NCBI GenBank assembly: GCA_947470855.1
Contig: CANIUQ010000006.1
Location: 7,783-71,782, forward strand
Direction: 5' to 3'
DNA from: Opitutia bacterium
Lineage (GTDB): Bacteria > Verrucomicrobiota > Verrucomicrobiia > Opitutales > UBA953
DNA length: 64,000 nt
How positions within the stretch are numbered: position 1 is the stretch's first letter; the number at the start of each line of letters is the position of its first letter. A program made the translations under genes and the position numbers. Below, in pieces: positions 9,041-19,853 of the stretch. The notes under the pieces are model-generated. The model was not told where the DNA came from. It did no database searches and was given only the letters and a program-made list of their open reading frames with translations.

Positions 9041-11190
9041 GTTAGACGGATAACGACTTGATAAACAATCACAGCCATAACCCAAGCCAAGAAGGTCATA
9101 TAGAAAAATGAGGCTGCTGCCCATTTCCAGCCGCCTGATTCTTGAGCGAGTGTAGCAATGGTGGGACCACACTGAGAGCAGAGTGCGAAGAAAACCATCA
9201 GTGCCAAAACAGCCGCGAGCGAGAAAATCGGTTTACCAACTCTTTCTCCTTCAGTCCATTTCGCCTGTTGCATCGCTTGGCGTAAATCTTGGCTATCAGC
9301 TTCAGCGTCCTGACCAATCGAGTAAGTGATACCCAAGGTTGAAACAATCACCTCACGGGCAGGAAAACTCGCCAAAACTCCTACCGTAATTTTCCAATCA
9401 AATCCACAGGGATCAAAAATCGGTTGCACCGCTTTGCCAAATCGCCCCATCCAAGATTGCTCAATGCCAGCGGCTTGGGCGCGTAGTTGAACTTCATTTG
9501 CGGATAGGGTGGGATTTTCTGCACGAATCTTGTCTGCTAATTGTGTGTTTTGCGGGAAGTAGCAAAGTGCCCAAACAATAATCGTAATCGCAAAAATAAC
9601 TGTGCCCGCCTTGGAAATAAACTCCGCCGCATTTTGCCACATCCGCCAAAGGACATCGCGAGGCTTGGGCAGTTGATAACGTGGTAGCTCAAGCACGAAA
9701 GGCTGAGGACGAATTCGTAAAACAAATCGCGTTAAGACAAAGGCAGTGGGAACAGCAAAAAGTAATCCAATCAGGTGCATGCCCACCATAACGATGGACT
9801 CCCATCCAGGGCCGTAAAGGGGTCCAATAAACGCCGCACACATCAAAGCATAGACAGGGAATCGGGCTGAACAACTCATGAACGGCACCGCAAACGCCGT
9901 CGCTAAACGTGCCTTGGGGTCCTCAATCGTACGCGTCGATAACAAGCCGGGAATGGCACAAGCAAAACCTGAGAGGAGGGGCACGAAACTTTTTCCATTC
10001 AGACCACACCAACTAAAGAGCCGATCCATAATAAAGGCGGCTCGAGCCATGTAGCCACTGTCCTCTAAAATACCGATAAAGAAGAAAAGGATAAGAATTT
10101 GCGGAAGGAAAACAAGGAAGGCACCAACCCCAGCAATAACGCCATCGGCAATTAAACTCTGCAGCATCGGGTACTGCACCAAAGCAGGAGCAGCTACCCC
10201 TTTTAAGGCATCAACCCCGGCCTGAATCCATTCCATCGGGAATTTGGCCAACCAAAATACCGAAGCAAAAAGCCCCAGCATGATGCTCGTAAAAATGAAG
10301 GGGCCAGCCACACGGTGGAGTAAAATACGATCGACTGCGGCCGAGCGCAATGCACGAGCAAGACCGCCAGAAACAACCCCATCTAAGATTTTTCTTAAAT
10401 GTGCGTAGTGGATTAAAGGTTCAGCGGCTAAGGGATTATAGCCCGCGCGGCGTACCTGATCACGTGCTTCTCGAATCACACCTTCGCGCTGATGAATCGG
10501 CCAATGCAAGCGCTCCGCTGCATTCGGCGCAGTATCAAAGAGCAACCTTTGCAAGCTCGCGACAAGTGGAGTTTGGCGAGTATCGGTTTGAACTTTTTCC
10601 GCAATCTTCCCAAAAGCCTCTTTCAATTCAACAGGCCAAACCATCTGTGTCATTAAAGTCTTCTGCTTTAAAACTGTCGCGATGGCTTTTCTTACTTGTG
10701 AAATCCCCTCACCCTTCCAGGCAGAAGTCAAAACAACGGGAATGCCGCCTAATCGTTTCGATAATAAATCGGTATCGATTTTTAATCCCTGTTTTTCTGC
10801 CACATCGGCTTGATTTAAAACAATCGCCATCGGCAAACCCAATTCAGCTAATTGCGAAGCGATAAATAAATTCCGTAAAAGGTTTGTTGCATCGGCCACC
10901 ACCACAATCGCCTCAGGCCTGCGCTCTTGAGCAACATGGCCCGATAAGACATCGATGACAATTTGCTCATCGGGAGATGCGGCTGAAAGTGAATAGAGCC
11001 CAGGCAAATCAATCAGCTCAACTTTTACGCCTTCACCGCAGTCACACTGACCCGATTTGCGTGCCACGGTGACTCCAGGATAATTTCCCACGCGCTGTCG
11101 CAATCCGGTGAGAGCATTAAACAAGGTCGACTTACCCGTGTTCGGATTTCCCACCAAGGCCACCATGGGCAAATGACGAAGAGAACTCAT
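9037..11190 (-). CDS. feoB: ferrous iron transporter FeoB
   Basis: It has an N-terminal G domain (ALVGNPNTGKSTLFNALTG, DLPG, NQAD) and a polytopic permease domain. The start is placed at the ATG at 11190, which overlaps the feoA stop (ATGA); the track ORF opens 30 nt further upstream. Confidence 0.95.
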   Translation of the reverse strand: MSSLRHLPMVALVGNPNTGKSTLFNALTGLRQRVGNYPGVTVARKSGQCDCGEGVKVELIDLPGLYSLSAASPDEQIVIDVLSGHVAQERRPEAIVVVADATNLLRNLFIASQLAELGLPMAIVLNQADVAEKQGLKIDTDLLSKRLGGIPVVLTSAWKGEGISQVRKAIATVLKQKTLMTQMVWPVELKEAFGKIAEKVQTDTRQTPLVASLQRLLFDTAPNAAERLHWPIHQREGVIREARDQVRRAGYNPLAAEPLIHYAHLRKILDGVVSGGLARALRSAAVDRILLHRVAGPFIFTSIMLGLFASVFWLAKFPMEWIQAGVDALKGVAAPALVQYPMLQSLIADGVIAGVGAFLVFLPQILILFFFIGILEDSGYMARAAFIMDRLFSWCGLNGKSFVPLLSGFACAIPGLLSTRTIEDPKARLATAFAVPFMSCSARFPVYALMCAAFIGPLYGPGWESIVMVGMHLIGLLFAVPTAFVLTRFVLRIRPQPFVLELPRYQLPKPRDVLWRMWQNAAEFISKAGTVIFAITIIVWALCYFPQNTQLADKIRAENPTLSANEVQLRAQAAGIEQSWMGRFGKAVQPIFDPCGFDWKITVGVLASFPAREVIVSTLGITYSIGQDAEADSQDLRQAMQQAKWTEGERVGKPIFSLAAVLALMVFFALCSQCGPTIATLAQESGGWKWAAASFFYMTFLAWVMAVIVYQVVIRLT

Positions 11191-11450
11191 AGGGTCGACT
11201 TCGGCTTTTGAATTGGGCAATCGGCTGCCACATCAACCCACAAACTTTCCGCTTCCGCCATTCGCAAACTTACGGTCTGGCCTCCAAATTCTACTGCAAT
11301 CGGATCACCCAAAGGTGCCCGGCGAACCAACTTGAGAACCATCCCAGGAAGCAGCCCCAAGGCCATCAAACGCTGATCAACCGCTCGCTCTGGGCTAAGC
11401 GACACCAACTTGCCGTACTGGCCTGGAAGTAATTGAGAAAGTGGAGTCAC
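11187..11450 (-). CDS. feoA: ferrous iron transport protein FeoA
   Basis: 87 aa with a GTG start. It is an SH3-like FeoA domain (RLMALGLLPGMVLKLVRRAPLGDPIAVEFGGQTVSLR) immediately upstream of feoB. Confidence 0.85.
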   Translation of the reverse strand: MTPLSQLLPGQYGKLVSLSPERAVDQRLMALGLLPGMVLKLVRRAPLGDPIAVEFGGQTVSLRMAEAESLWVDVAADCPIQKPKSTL

Positions 11451-11451
11451 G

Positions 11452-11470
11452 CTAAATGAGAATGAGTCTC
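11452..11470. promoter_or_regulatory. candidate Fur-box-like site upstream of feoA
   Basis: CTAAATGAGAATGAGTCTC matches 12 of 19 positions of GATAATGATAATCATTATC and contains an AATGAG AATGAG hexamer repeat. It directly abuts the feoA start. This is a weak match. Confidence 0.3.
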
Positions 11471-11550
11471 AAAATGCTTAAACTTGAGCCGTCTCTTGTC
11501 AAATGCAGACCCATTAAACAGCCTAAATCGGGGATTTATAAGGGTATTTA

Positions 11551-12312
11551 TTACAATTTAGCAGAAACAGACACCGAGACGGGGCAGTGATCTGACCCAA
11601 AGACTTGATCATGTATCTGGGCTTGGTCCCACGGGATATCTCCCGAAGTAAGGCAATAATCTAGCCGCCACCCAATGTTACGCTCACGAATTCCAGGGCG
11701 GTAACTCCACCAACTATAACGGTGTTTTAATTCGGGATGAGCAGCCCGAAATGTATCGGTAAAACCATATTGCTGCAAAAGCTTGGCGAAAGACTCGCGT
11801 TCTTCGTCAGTAAAACCGGCGTTACGTCGATTCTGTGCGGGGTTGGCTAAATCAACCTCCCCGTGTGCGACATTGAGGTCTCCACACACCACAACGGTTT
11901 TCTTTTTTGCTAGTTTAGCTAAGTGATAATGAAAATCCGCATCCCAATCCAAACGATAAGATAAACGCTCCAACTCTCTTTGTGAGTTAGGAACATATGC
12001 GCTGACAATATAACAGTCTTTAAATTCAGCCGTGATGACTCTGCCCTCCGAAGGATGGTCTCCCTCGATATCCGTCGTCACTGCTATGGGCTCAACCTTG
12101 GCCAATAGGGCCGTTCCTGAATAGCCTTTCTTCTCCGCTTCATGCCAAAACTGATAAGGAAAATTTAATCCCAAAGTTTTCGCTGTCGCCGCATCGCACT
12201 TCGTTTCCTGTAAACACAAAACTTCTGGCGATGTCTGGGCAATAAAGTCGTTCAGCCCTTTCCCTAGGGCAGAACGCACGCCGTTAACATTCCAAGAAAA
12301 GATGCGCGCCAT
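11551..12312 (-). CDS. xthA: exodeoxyribonuclease III
   Basis: 253 aa with the EEP nuclease motifs SWNVNG, LQETK, GDLNVAH and SDHCPV. Confidence 0.92.
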   Translation of the reverse strand: MARIFSWNVNGVRSALGKGLNDFIAQTSPEVLCLQETKCDAATAKTLGLNFPYQFWHEAEKKGYSGTALLAKVEPIAVTTDIEGDHPSEGRVITAEFKDCYIVSAYVPNSQRELERLSYRLDWDADFHYHLAKLAKKKTVVVCGDLNVAHGEVDLANPAQNRRNAGFTDEERESFAKLLQQYGFTDTFRAAHPELKHRYSWWSYRPGIRERNIGWRLDYCLTSGDIPWDQAQIHDQVFGSDHCPVSVSVSAKL

Positions 12313-12322
12313 AGTCTCCGAT

Positions 12323-13897
12323 TTAAGTTCCCGCTTTAATCTCGATCACATCATGCGGAGCCGCTTCACGCTGACCAGCAGGCGTGATGCGAATGTAGCG
12401 GGCATTCTTTCGATGCTCGGCTAAATTCTTTGCCCCCAAGTATCCAAGGCCACTTTGTACACCACCCGCAAGCGTACCTAAAACTTGATCGACCGAGCCA
12501 GAAACTTCTTTCAAGGCCTCAATTCCTTCGGCTGCTACTTTACTAAACTTTCCTGAATTAGTATGCCCATAACGAGAAGCTGAACCTTTACGCATCGCCT
12601 CATGAGATCCCATACCGCGATACTCTTTATACGTTTTACCATTAATCTCCATGAGCTTGCCAGGGGCTTCACGGCTACCTGCGAGAAGGCCACCGAGGAT
12701 AACCGCATCCGCCAAGGTCAACGCTTTGACAATATCTCCACTCTTGGAAATACCTCCATCAGCCAGAATGCGTACTCCGCAACGCTGTGCTGCGCGTGAG
12801 GCAACATAGAGTGCGGTCAGCTGTGGGATGCCCACGCCCGCCACCATCCGTGTCGTGCAAATAGAGCCAGGACCTTGACCAATCTTAATCGCATTGGCAC
12901 CGGCGTTGGCTAAAAATTCTACGCCCTCACCGCTCGTCACATTGCCCGCAATCAAGGTTAGGCTTTTGTGATGTCGACGCAGTAAACGCACCGCATCTCC
13001 GACGCCTTTGGTGTGTCCATGAGCCGTTGAAATAGCCATCGCATCAGCACCTTCGGCGATTAAAGCGGCAGCGTGAGCCAAGAAATTATCTTGATCAATT
13101 TCACCTTCTGGAGTGCGCGGAACAGAGAGAGCGACACCCACCCGCAAACGAAAATCGCTGTCTCGCGTCGGACGCACATGTGCCCGTGATTCTTCAGAAA
13201 TACGCTCAATATCACTTAGGGTAAATAATCCCCGTAAACGATTTTTGGCATCCACCACCAAGAGTTTATTTTGCCCGACATTTTCGGCAAAAAGTTTATC
13301 GGCTCGAGCGATAGGATCTTTACCTAGGTCTTTTTCAAAGACCGCAAACACTTTATCTCGCGGAATCATTACCTCGACTACTTTGCGACTACCATGGCGT
13401 TCTTTGACGGCACTACCAGGAAGCAAGCCCGCCAAAGTGTTGTCGCGATTAACGACCGGGAAAGTGCTAAAAGCTAATCCCTCGGTTTCAATACGCTGTA
13501 AAACTTCTGCAATCGAATGCTCGGGAGACACGACGGCGGGATCACCAATCATCCCATGAATATGATTTTTCACTCTTCGCACTTCAGCAATTTGCTCCGT
13601 TGGCTTCATATTATAGTGCAACAGCCCAAGTCCGCCGTTGAGTGCCAGTGCAATAGCCATGCGATGCTCGGTGACTGTATCCATGTCGGATGAGACAATG
13701 GGCAGAGACAATCCGAGATTATCTGAAAGCGAAGTGTCGAGGCGCGTCATTCGTGGCAGAATCTCCGAATAACGCGTCGCCAAGGAAACATCATCGTAGG
13801 TCAGGCCCAACCCTGCATTCGCCAGAAAAAATTTATCGGCGTTGAGGTAAAAGCGTTCATCGAGGGAAACGCGGCCCTTATTTTTAGAGGAGGCCAT
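12323..13897 (-). CDS. guaB: IMP dehydrogenase
   Basis: Conserved blocks are [17 protein letters not shown], tandem CBS domains, the catalytic GPGSICTTR loop and GGIS..GD. The start is placed at ATG 13897 (MASSKNKG); ATG 13939 is also possible. The track ORF start at 14059 would overlap menC. Confidence 0.93.
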   Translation of the reverse strand: MASSKNKGRVSLDERFYLNADKFFLANAGLGLTYDDVSLATRYSEILPRMTRLDTSLSDNLGLSLPIVSSDMDTVTEHRMAIALALNGGLGLLHYNMKPTEQIAEVRRVKNHIHGMIGDPAVVSPEHSIAEVLQRIETEGLAFSTFPVVNRDNTLAGLLPGSAVKERHGSRKVVEVMIPRDKVFAVFEKDLGKDPIARADKLFAENVGQNKLLVVDAKNRLRGLFTLSDIERISEESRAHVRPTRDSDFRLRVGVALSVPRTPEGEIDQDNFLAHAAALIAEGADAMAISTAHGHTKGVGDAVRLLRRHHKSLTLIAGNVTSGEGVEFLANAGANAIKIGQGPGSICTTRMVAGVGIPQLTALYVASRAAQRCGVRILADGGISKSGDIVKALTLADAVILGGLLAGSREAPGKLMEINGKTYKEYRGMGSHEAMRKGSASRYGHTNSGKFSKVAAEGIEALKEVSGSVDQVLGTLAGGVQSGLGYLGAKNLAEHRKNARYIRITPAGQREAAPHDVIEIKAGT

Positions 13898-13990
13898 AGG
13901 AGGTCGGTTTCCCCAAAGGGTGTTAGGGTCTGAAAGCATTGGTGGCAATTTGTTTTTGCGACTTAAGCTCGTTTGCTGAATCTTAAGCCT

Positions 13991-14941
13991 ATGGACGAAG
14001 GTAAAATCGACTTTTTGCGGGTAAACCGCCACTTTCGTAACCCAATGGTAACGGGACAAGGAACGGTTTTATCCATCGATCGCCTGCTCCTGCGTTGTTA
14101 TCTTAAAGGAAAGTGGGGTTATGGCGAAATAGCCCCTTGGCCTGGATTTAATACTGAATCCATCGATGAGGCGATTCGCGCCATCGAGCAATCATCTCAT
14201 CGCTACTCAACGTTACTCGAGACTCTGCATGATTCTCCTGGCGCCCTCCCCTGTCTACGTGCAGCCCTCTTTTCCTGCAGTCATTGGGAAAGCATCTCGG
14301 CCTTCTCAGGCGAATTAAGTTCCGCCGGACTGGTCACCCCTTTCCATGCGACTACCTTGCAAACAAAATGGACGGAAGGGTTTACTACTTTAAAAGGCAA
14401 AATCACTCCCAGCACGGACATCGCCGAAGTTCGTTCCTGGCTAACAGACTTACCTGCGAGTGCAAAGATTCGACTCGATGCTAATGGATCTCTGAACATC
14501 GAGCAAACGCATCGCTGGCTCGATTTTATTCAGGACGAAAAGCGTGTTGAATTCTTAGAGCAACCCCTCCCTGTTAATCATGAAGGCTACCTTCATTTAC
14601 CTCACGACAAGGTGGCTCTCGATGAATCTTTTCTTACACCTGGCGCTCTTTCTTGGAAAGGGGTTCTGATAGTAAAACCTTTATTGGCTGGTGATGGATT
14701 AGCGTTGCTGAAATGGGGCCAGTCTCATCGAGGTAAGCGAATTTATTCCTCGGTTTTTGAAACAGCGATTGGACGTCAGACAGCACTTTGGCTCGCCGCA
14801 CAAGACTCGCCAGCAACGGTCCACGGATTTGATACACTGGGAAGATTCCAAGCGGACAGGCTCGACAGACATTCGGGAGGCCCTAAAACCATGGGACTAC
14901 CCCACTTTGATTGGAATCTATTTTGGCATGAAATAAAATGA
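13991..14941 (+). CDS. menC: o-succinylbenzoate synthase-like enolase-superfamily enzyme
   Basis: It has the KxK motif (TLKGKI) and metal ligands in RLDANGS, FLEQPL and ALDES, plus a second catalytic Lys in LIVKP. The start is placed at ATG 13991. Its stop overlaps the menE start (ATGA). Confidence 0.7.
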   Translation: MDEGKIDFLRVNRHFRNPMVTGQGTVLSIDRLLLRCYLKGKWGYGEIAPWPGFNTESIDEAIRAIEQSSHRYSTLLETLHDSPGALPCLRAALFSCSHWESISAFSGELSSAGLVTPFHATTLQTKWTEGFTTLKGKITPSTDIAEVRSWLTDLPASAKIRLDANGSLNIEQTHRWLDFIQDEKRVEFLEQPLPVNHEGYLHLPHDKVALDESFLTPGALSWKGVLIVKPLLAGDGLALLKWGQSHRGKRIYSSVFETAIGRQTALWLAAQDSPATVHGFDTLGRFQADRLDRHSGGPKTMGLPHFDWNLFWHEIK

Positions 14942-16143
14942 ACCCCATCGCCATATTCCATCGAGAGCCTGACCTTTATCTTAAGGAATTTCTACACGCC
15001 TACACCCAAGGCATTCCCGTTTTTTTAGGAAATCCACAGTGGAATGAGGCCGAGATGCAGGCGGCGGCTCAGCTTATTCCACAAGGCACACACATCGAAG
15101 GTGAAGCCCCTGCTCCACTCGGTCGTGCACCAGAAAACTGGCCAGAATTGTGGCCCGACGCGGTATTCATTCCGACTGGTGGAACGGGTGGAAAAATTAA
15201 ATTTGTTCATCACCAAAAGAAAACCTTACGGGCTGCGGTGACCAGTTTGCGCGACGCTATCGTGGCTCGCCAACATAGTGGTATTTTACATGGAGCTATT
15301 TTTACTCCCGTTTACCATGTCAGCGGATTGATGCCCGCACTGCGTGCTTGGGAAACAAAGGGTCAATTTGAAATTCATGCTGGCAAGTTTCACCCTGAAT
15401 CGACACTGCCCGAAATCCAGCTTCCGACCGAAGGCACTCGCTTAGCCTCACTGGTGCCGACGCAGTTGCACCGCATTTTACAAAACCCGCATGGCGTGGA
15501 TTGGCTTAAGCAATTTCATGTTATTCTCCTAGGGGGATCCGCTGTGCCTGCGACTGAATTGGAATCCATTCGTCAACATCGCCTTCCCGTTTACATTACC
15601 TATGGCATGACAGAAACCGCGGCAGTTTGTGCCTGGTGTCCTCCCGAAAAAATTTGGGCCGGAGAAGGAGTGCACGGATTCCCACTGCCCAAAGTACACT
15701 TCACGGCGATCAATCAAAGATTGTGCATTAATTCGCCTGCTTTGGGTTTGGGCTATTGGCCTAACGAAAAAATCGGGACGCCCTACTTAACGGGAGATCT
15801 CGGGGTCGTCTTTCGCGACGGCGCCGTACAAGTTCATGGAAGAGCCGACCGCATCATCGTAACTGGCGGAGAAAAAGTTAATCCAGCCGAGGTAGAGAAA
15901 ATTCTTTTATCCAATCCTGAGTGCCGAGAGGTTCATGTTTTTGGCAGTGCGGATCCCGAATGGGGCGAGCGTATTGTGGCGTGCGTTGTGGGAGATAAAA
16001 ATCAAGCGAAGGCCTTAATCGAAACAGCCCAAACACTGCCTCAGTTCGCGCGCCCTAAAGATTATCTTTTTGTAACCAAGATACCTTTGGACGATCGCGG
16101 AAAGTTTGATCGTCGAACTGCGGAAAAACTTTTGCGCGGTTAA
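14938..16143 (+). CDS. menE: o-succinylbenzoate-CoA ligase-like adenylate-forming enzyme
   Basis: 401 aa with the ANL motifs [25 protein letters not shown] and [20 protein letters not shown]. It is short for the family. The menE assignment rests mainly on coupling to the menC-like gene. Confidence 0.65.
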   Translation: MNPIAIFHREPDLYLKEFLHAYTQGIPVFLGNPQWNEAEMQAAAQLIPQGTHIEGEAPAPLGRAPENWPELWPDAVFIPTGGTGGKIKFVHHQKKTLRAAVTSLRDAIVARQHSGILHGAIFTPVYHVSGLMPALRAWETKGQFEIHAGKFHPESTLPEIQLPTEGTRLASLVPTQLHRILQNPHGVDWLKQFHVILLGGSAVPATELESIRQHRLPVYITYGMTETAAVCAWCPPEKIWAGEGVHGFPLPKVHFTAINQRLCINSPALGLGYWPNEKIGTPYLTGDLGVVFRDGAVQVHGRADRIIVTGGEKVNPAEVEKILLSNPECREVHVFGSADPEWGERIVACVVGDKNQAKALIETAQTLPQFARPKDYLFVTKIPLDDRGKFDRRTAEKLLRG

Positions 16144-16994
16144 GAACGAACGGCACGCCAAACACGCAGACAAGACTCCACCAGTGCAGGAAATTCTGCG
16201 AGCGGAACTTGGCTTGGGCCATCGGAAATCGCTTTTTCAGGATGCGGATGAGTCTCCATAAATAATCCATCCGCACCCGCAGCTAGCGCGGCCTTGGCTA
16301 ATACTGGGACATATTCTCGCTGACCTCCCGAAGAACCTCCAGCCGCCCCCGGCAATTGTACGGCATGCGTTGCATCCATAATCGTTGGATGTCCAAAACC
16401 AGCCATGATAGGGAATGATCGCATATCGACGACGAGGTTTTGGTAACCAAAAGTCGTGCCGCGATCGGTCTGCCAAATTTCTGCGGCACGCGCGCCAGTT
16501 AATTTATCAACGACAAAACGCATTTCAAAAGGCGAAAGAAATTGGCCTTTCTTTACGTTAACGCACTTACCTGTTTTTGCGGCAGCCACCAAGAGATCGG
16601 TCTGCCGGCACATAAAAGCTGGGATTTGGAGTACATCGACAACTTGGCCGACCGCCTCACACTGCTCGGGCCCATGAATGTCCGTCAGGACTTTAAATCC
16701 ATAATCTTTTTTTACCATCGCAAGCAACTCAAGGCCTGCTTTCATTCCAGGTCCACGGTCACCTCCGAGCGAAGTACGATTCGCTTTGTCGTAGGAACCT
16801 TTGAAAATAATATTTAATTCAGGGAAACGGGCGCCGAGCGTTTTTAGTTCTTGAGCTACCGTGCGACAATTAGACTCCGACTCGAGTGAACAGGGCCCAG
16901 CAATGAGTAAGAGGCGACGCTTATCGTGAATCATGTCTTCTTTTAAAGACGAAAAGCCCTCGAGGGCGAGCCGTAACCTAGGCTTTACGGCCAA
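16140..16994 (-). CDS. kdsA: 3-deoxy-8-phosphooctulonate synthase
   Basis: 284 aa KDO8P synthase with the blocks [40 protein letters not shown] and [10 protein letters not shown]. Confidence 0.92.
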   Translation of the reverse strand: MAVKPRLRLALEGFSSLKEDMIHDKRRLLLIAGPCSLESESNCRTVAQELKTLGARFPELNIIFKGSYDKANRTSLGGDRGPGMKAGLELLAMVKKDYGFKVLTDIHGPEQCEAVGQVVDVLQIPAFMCRQTDLLVAAAKTGKCVNVKKGQFLSPFEMRFVVDKLTGARAAEIWQTDRGTTFGYQNLVVDMRSFPIMAGFGHPTIMDATHAVQLPGAAGGSSGGQREYVPVLAKAALAAGADGLFMETHPHPEKAISDGPSQVPLAEFPALVESCLRVWRAVRS

Positions 16995-18708
16995 GCCATT
17001 TTAAGACTTGGGCAAGTGAACGTGTGTTAAAGACTTGCTCGGGCGTTAACCAGCCCTTCCGCCCCACCCGTAAGCCACACGCTGTAAAATCGAGTTCGCC
17101 CGTTGCATGAGCATCAGGGTTAATGGCACAAAGCACCCCTTTTTCGGTAGCCCTTCGCCACCAACGCCAATCCATATCTAAACGTCGTGGATTAGCATTG
17201 AGTTCAATAATCGTTTCATTGGCCGCGGCAGCATCAATAATCTTATCAATATCTAAAGCGTAAGGTTCACGTTTATTAATCAAACGACCCGTAAGATGCC
17301 CAATCATATCGACATGTTCATTTTCAATCGCGCGAATAATTCGCGCCGTTTGCGCATCGCGTTCAAGAGTGAAGAGCGTATGGACCGAGGCGACAACGAC
17401 ATCGAGTTCGGCCAATAAATCATCATCAAAATCTAAGGATCCATCGCGCAAGATGTCGACCTCGCTACCCGAGAGGACGCGAATTTTGTATTTGCCCGAA
17501 CGATTAAGTTTCTGGATTTCGTCGATTTGTTTCAGCAAACGATCTTCCTCTAAACCATGAGCTTGAAAACTCGACTTCGAGTGATCGGCGATACCCAAAT
17601 ATTCCCAGCCGCGCTTCTCCGCTGCTTCCGCCATTTTTTCTAAAGTGTCCATGCCATCCGAAGCCGTGGTATGGTTATGAAATACACCTTTAATGTCCGA
17701 CATCTCAACGAGACGCGGAAGATGGTGGGCCAATGCCGCCTCAATTTCTCCACTGCCCTCACGAAGTTCAGGCGGAATCCAAGGTAGCCCTAAAGCACGA
17801 AAAACTTCCTCTTCACTCTTCGCTGCGGGTACGGCGATACTGTCATCCAACGATTTCAACCCCCATTCGCTCATGCTTAACCCATGCGCTAGGGCACGAT
17901 GGCGCATGGCTACATTATGCTCTTTGGATCCCGTAAAATGATGCAAAGCAAAATAGAACTGGGCGAGAGGAACGACGCGCAAATCGGCCTGCAAGCCAGA
18001 AGCAAATCTCACACTCGACTTGGTTTCTCCTTTTGCGGTGACTTCTTTAACCCCTGGAAAAGAAGTAAACCAATCCATCACTGGACCTGGATTTTCCGCT
18101 GCGACTAAGAAATCTAAATCGCCTACAGTTTCGCGACAACGTCGCAACGACCCCGCTGCCTCCGCTAATTCAACTTCGGGTAGTTGTCGCAAGCCATGCA
18201 AAATGGGTTCCGCAATGGCAGCCGCATCAACCCAGAGGTGACGCCGAGAATAGATCGCTTGATTTTTAATTCCTTCAATGATTTTCGCCTGAGTTTTTTC
18301 TCCGAAGCCCTTAAGTTCGGCCACTCGTCCCTCATCACAAGTTTTCTGTAGTTCGCTTAAGGATTCGATTTTTAACTCTTTCCACAAAGCACGAACTTTC
18401 TTGGGACCTAATCCCGGAATTTTTATCATCTCCAACAAGCCTGGAGGAATACTGGCTTTTAACTTTTCATAAAAAGGCAATTTGCCGGTTTTTCGTAGCG
18501 TCGTAATTTTTTCCACCAAGGCCTCTCCCAATCCTGGCACTTCAGCTAACTTGCCCGTCACAATCAAAGTATCGAGGTCTTCGGCCAAAGTTTCTAAAAC
18601 TCGCGCACCTGCTGCATAAGCACGAATCTTAAAAGGGTTTTCCCCTGTAAGCTCCAAGAGCGTGGCAATCTCATCCAAGATGCCCGCTATTTCACCTTTA
18701 TCCATCAT
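16978..18708 (-). CDS. polX: DNA polymerase X family protein with C-terminal PHP domain
   Basis: 576 aa. It has N-terminal HhH repeats (IPGLGPKKV), a nucleotidyltransferase GDLDFLV motif and a PHP phosphoesterase domain ([10 protein letters not shown]...ADHS). Confidence 0.88.
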   Translation of the reverse strand: MMDKGEIAGILDEIATLLELTGENPFKIRAYAAGARVLETLAEDLDTLIVTGKLAEVPGLGEALVEKITTLRKTGKLPFYEKLKASIPPGLLEMIKIPGLGPKKVRALWKELKIESLSELQKTCDEGRVAELKGFGEKTQAKIIEGIKNQAIYSRRHLWVDAAAIAEPILHGLRQLPEVELAEAAGSLRRCRETVGDLDFLVAAENPGPVMDWFTSFPGVKEVTAKGETKSSVRFASGLQADLRVVPLAQFYFALHHFTGSKEHNVAMRHRALAHGLSMSEWGLKSLDDSIAVPAAKSEEEVFRALGLPWIPPELREGSGEIEAALAHHLPRLVEMSDIKGVFHNHTTASDGMDTLEKMAEAAEKRGWEYLGIADHSKSSFQAHGLEEDRLLKQIDEIQKLNRSGKYKIRVLSGSEVDILRDGSLDFDDDLLAELDVVVASVHTLFTLERDAQTARIIRAIENEHVDMIGHLTGRLINKREPYALDIDKIIDAAAANETIIELNANPRRLDMDWRWWRRATEKGVLCAINPDAHATGELDFTACGLRVGRKGWLTPEQVFNTRSLAQVLKWLGRKA

Positions 18709-19298
18709 CGGTGGCGATTCTTCTCCGTTAAATAGATGCGATCTAAGGCGGCAAAGTCGGCTTCTCGTGTGCCACTTTCAATGACATGCTGATAATTGCC
18801 AGCATGACTCATTTCCCACTCCGCTGCAGCCACGCGCCGATTAATTTCATCTAAGGGATCCGTACCTCGCCCCGTCAATCGGCGAAGCAATTCGGCATGA
18901 TCACTGACTCTCACAAAAATGGTCACAAGCGAGGAGGCTAGTTTGGCGTGCGACATGGCTTTCTGACGCAGCGTTGCTGCGCCTTGTACATCCACATTAA
19001 GCAACGCATCAAAACCCGCCTCTAAATGCTTTTCTACATCAAGAATTCGTGAGCCATACAAATTGCCATGCACTACTGCATTTTCAAAAAATAATCCCGT
19101 CTCGAGTTGCTTCTCAAATTCTGCTCGGGATAAAAAATGGTAATCGACGCCATCCTGCTCCCCCGCTCGCGGTGCTCGCGTTGTACAAGTAACGACACGC
19201 CGAATCGTTTGCGTATAAGCTTCGGTTAATCGAGCACACAGCGTCGTCTTTCCGCTTCCTGCGGGGCCCGAAACAACGATGAGCAAAGAGCGTTTCAC
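18705..19298 (-). CDS. gmk: guanylate kinase
   Basis: P-loop SGPAGSGKTTL, plus YHFLSRAEFE...ENAVVHGNLYGS. The track ORF opens with a GTG at 19337, but a GTG at 19298 forms a GTGA overlap with the stop of the upstream membrane-protein gene and leaves a canonical short N-terminus. Confidence 0.9.
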   Translation of the reverse strand: MKRSLLIVVSGPAGSGKTTLCARLTEAYTQTIRRVVTCTTRAPRAGEQDGVDYHFLSRAEFEKQLETGLFFENAVVHGNLYGSRILDVEKHLEAGFDALLNVDVQGAATLRQKAMSHAKLASSLVTIFVRVSDHAELLRRLTGRGTDPLDEINRRVAAAEWEMSHAGNYQHVIESGTREADFAALDRIYLTEKNRHR

Positions 19299-19834
19299 GA
19301 AAGTTTTATAAACTGATAAAGCGATACTGCCGAGCACAAGAAAAGCAATCCGCCGACAGTCTTATGCCTAGAGGCAGATTTTAAAAGTGCATCGCAGTGT
19401 TGATTAAAAGCCACCGGGGACGCCGCCCACCACAAACCAAAAAGAACCAAGATCCCGTAGCTGACAGAGGCAGCCCACAAACTATGCGGCAAATGTCCAT
19501 AGCCTGCATCGAGAACTGCCCGTGCCGTAAACAACATCAGCGCGCCCAAACAACGCACTGCGAGAAAATCGGGCATGAAATAGTAAGACAGAAGGCAAGG
19601 AATAAGAATAAACCCCATGACCCAACTACGTGGTAATCCCAAAATATCAGCTTCGGAAAGATGCCATAGATGCCAAGTTAACCAGACGATTACTGCCGAA
19701 AGAAAAATCAACGTCGTCCAACGATCGCGACGAAAGGATTGAAGCCATGGACTGGCTTTAAAAAACAACCAACCTGCTAGAGCCAAAACGATTGTCAGCA
19801 AAAGATAAGCTTCTCCTATTTTCATGAATGCCAA
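19295..19834 (-). CDS. hypothetical polytopic membrane protein
   Basis: 179 aa with about five hydrophobic helices rich in Trp and Leu. No family recognised. It sits between queG and gmk on the same strand. Confidence 0.5.
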   Translation of the reverse strand: MAFMKIGEAYLLLTIVLALAGWLFFKASPWLQSFRRDRWTTLIFLSAVIVWLTWHLWHLSEADILGLPRSWVMGFILIPCLLSYYFMPDFLAVRCLGALMLFTARAVLDAGYGHLPHSLWAASVSYGILVLFGLWWAASPVAFNQHCDALLKSASRHKTVGGLLFLCSAVSLYQFIKLS

Positions 19835-19853
19835 GTAAGCCTAAGTCCAACCC

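Noticed and set aside
10350-10865. 171-aa ORF antisense to feoB
   Set aside because: It lies entirely inside a strongly supported gene on the opposite strand. Its composition is low-complexity and Arg/Ser/Pro/Leu-rich, typical of shadow ORFs, and it has no recognisable motifs.
13898-14059. N-terminal extension of the guaB ORF (track start 14059)
   Set aside because: It would add about 55 non-conserved residues and overlap the menC-like start region. The conserved IMPDH sequence begins shortly after the ATG at 13897.
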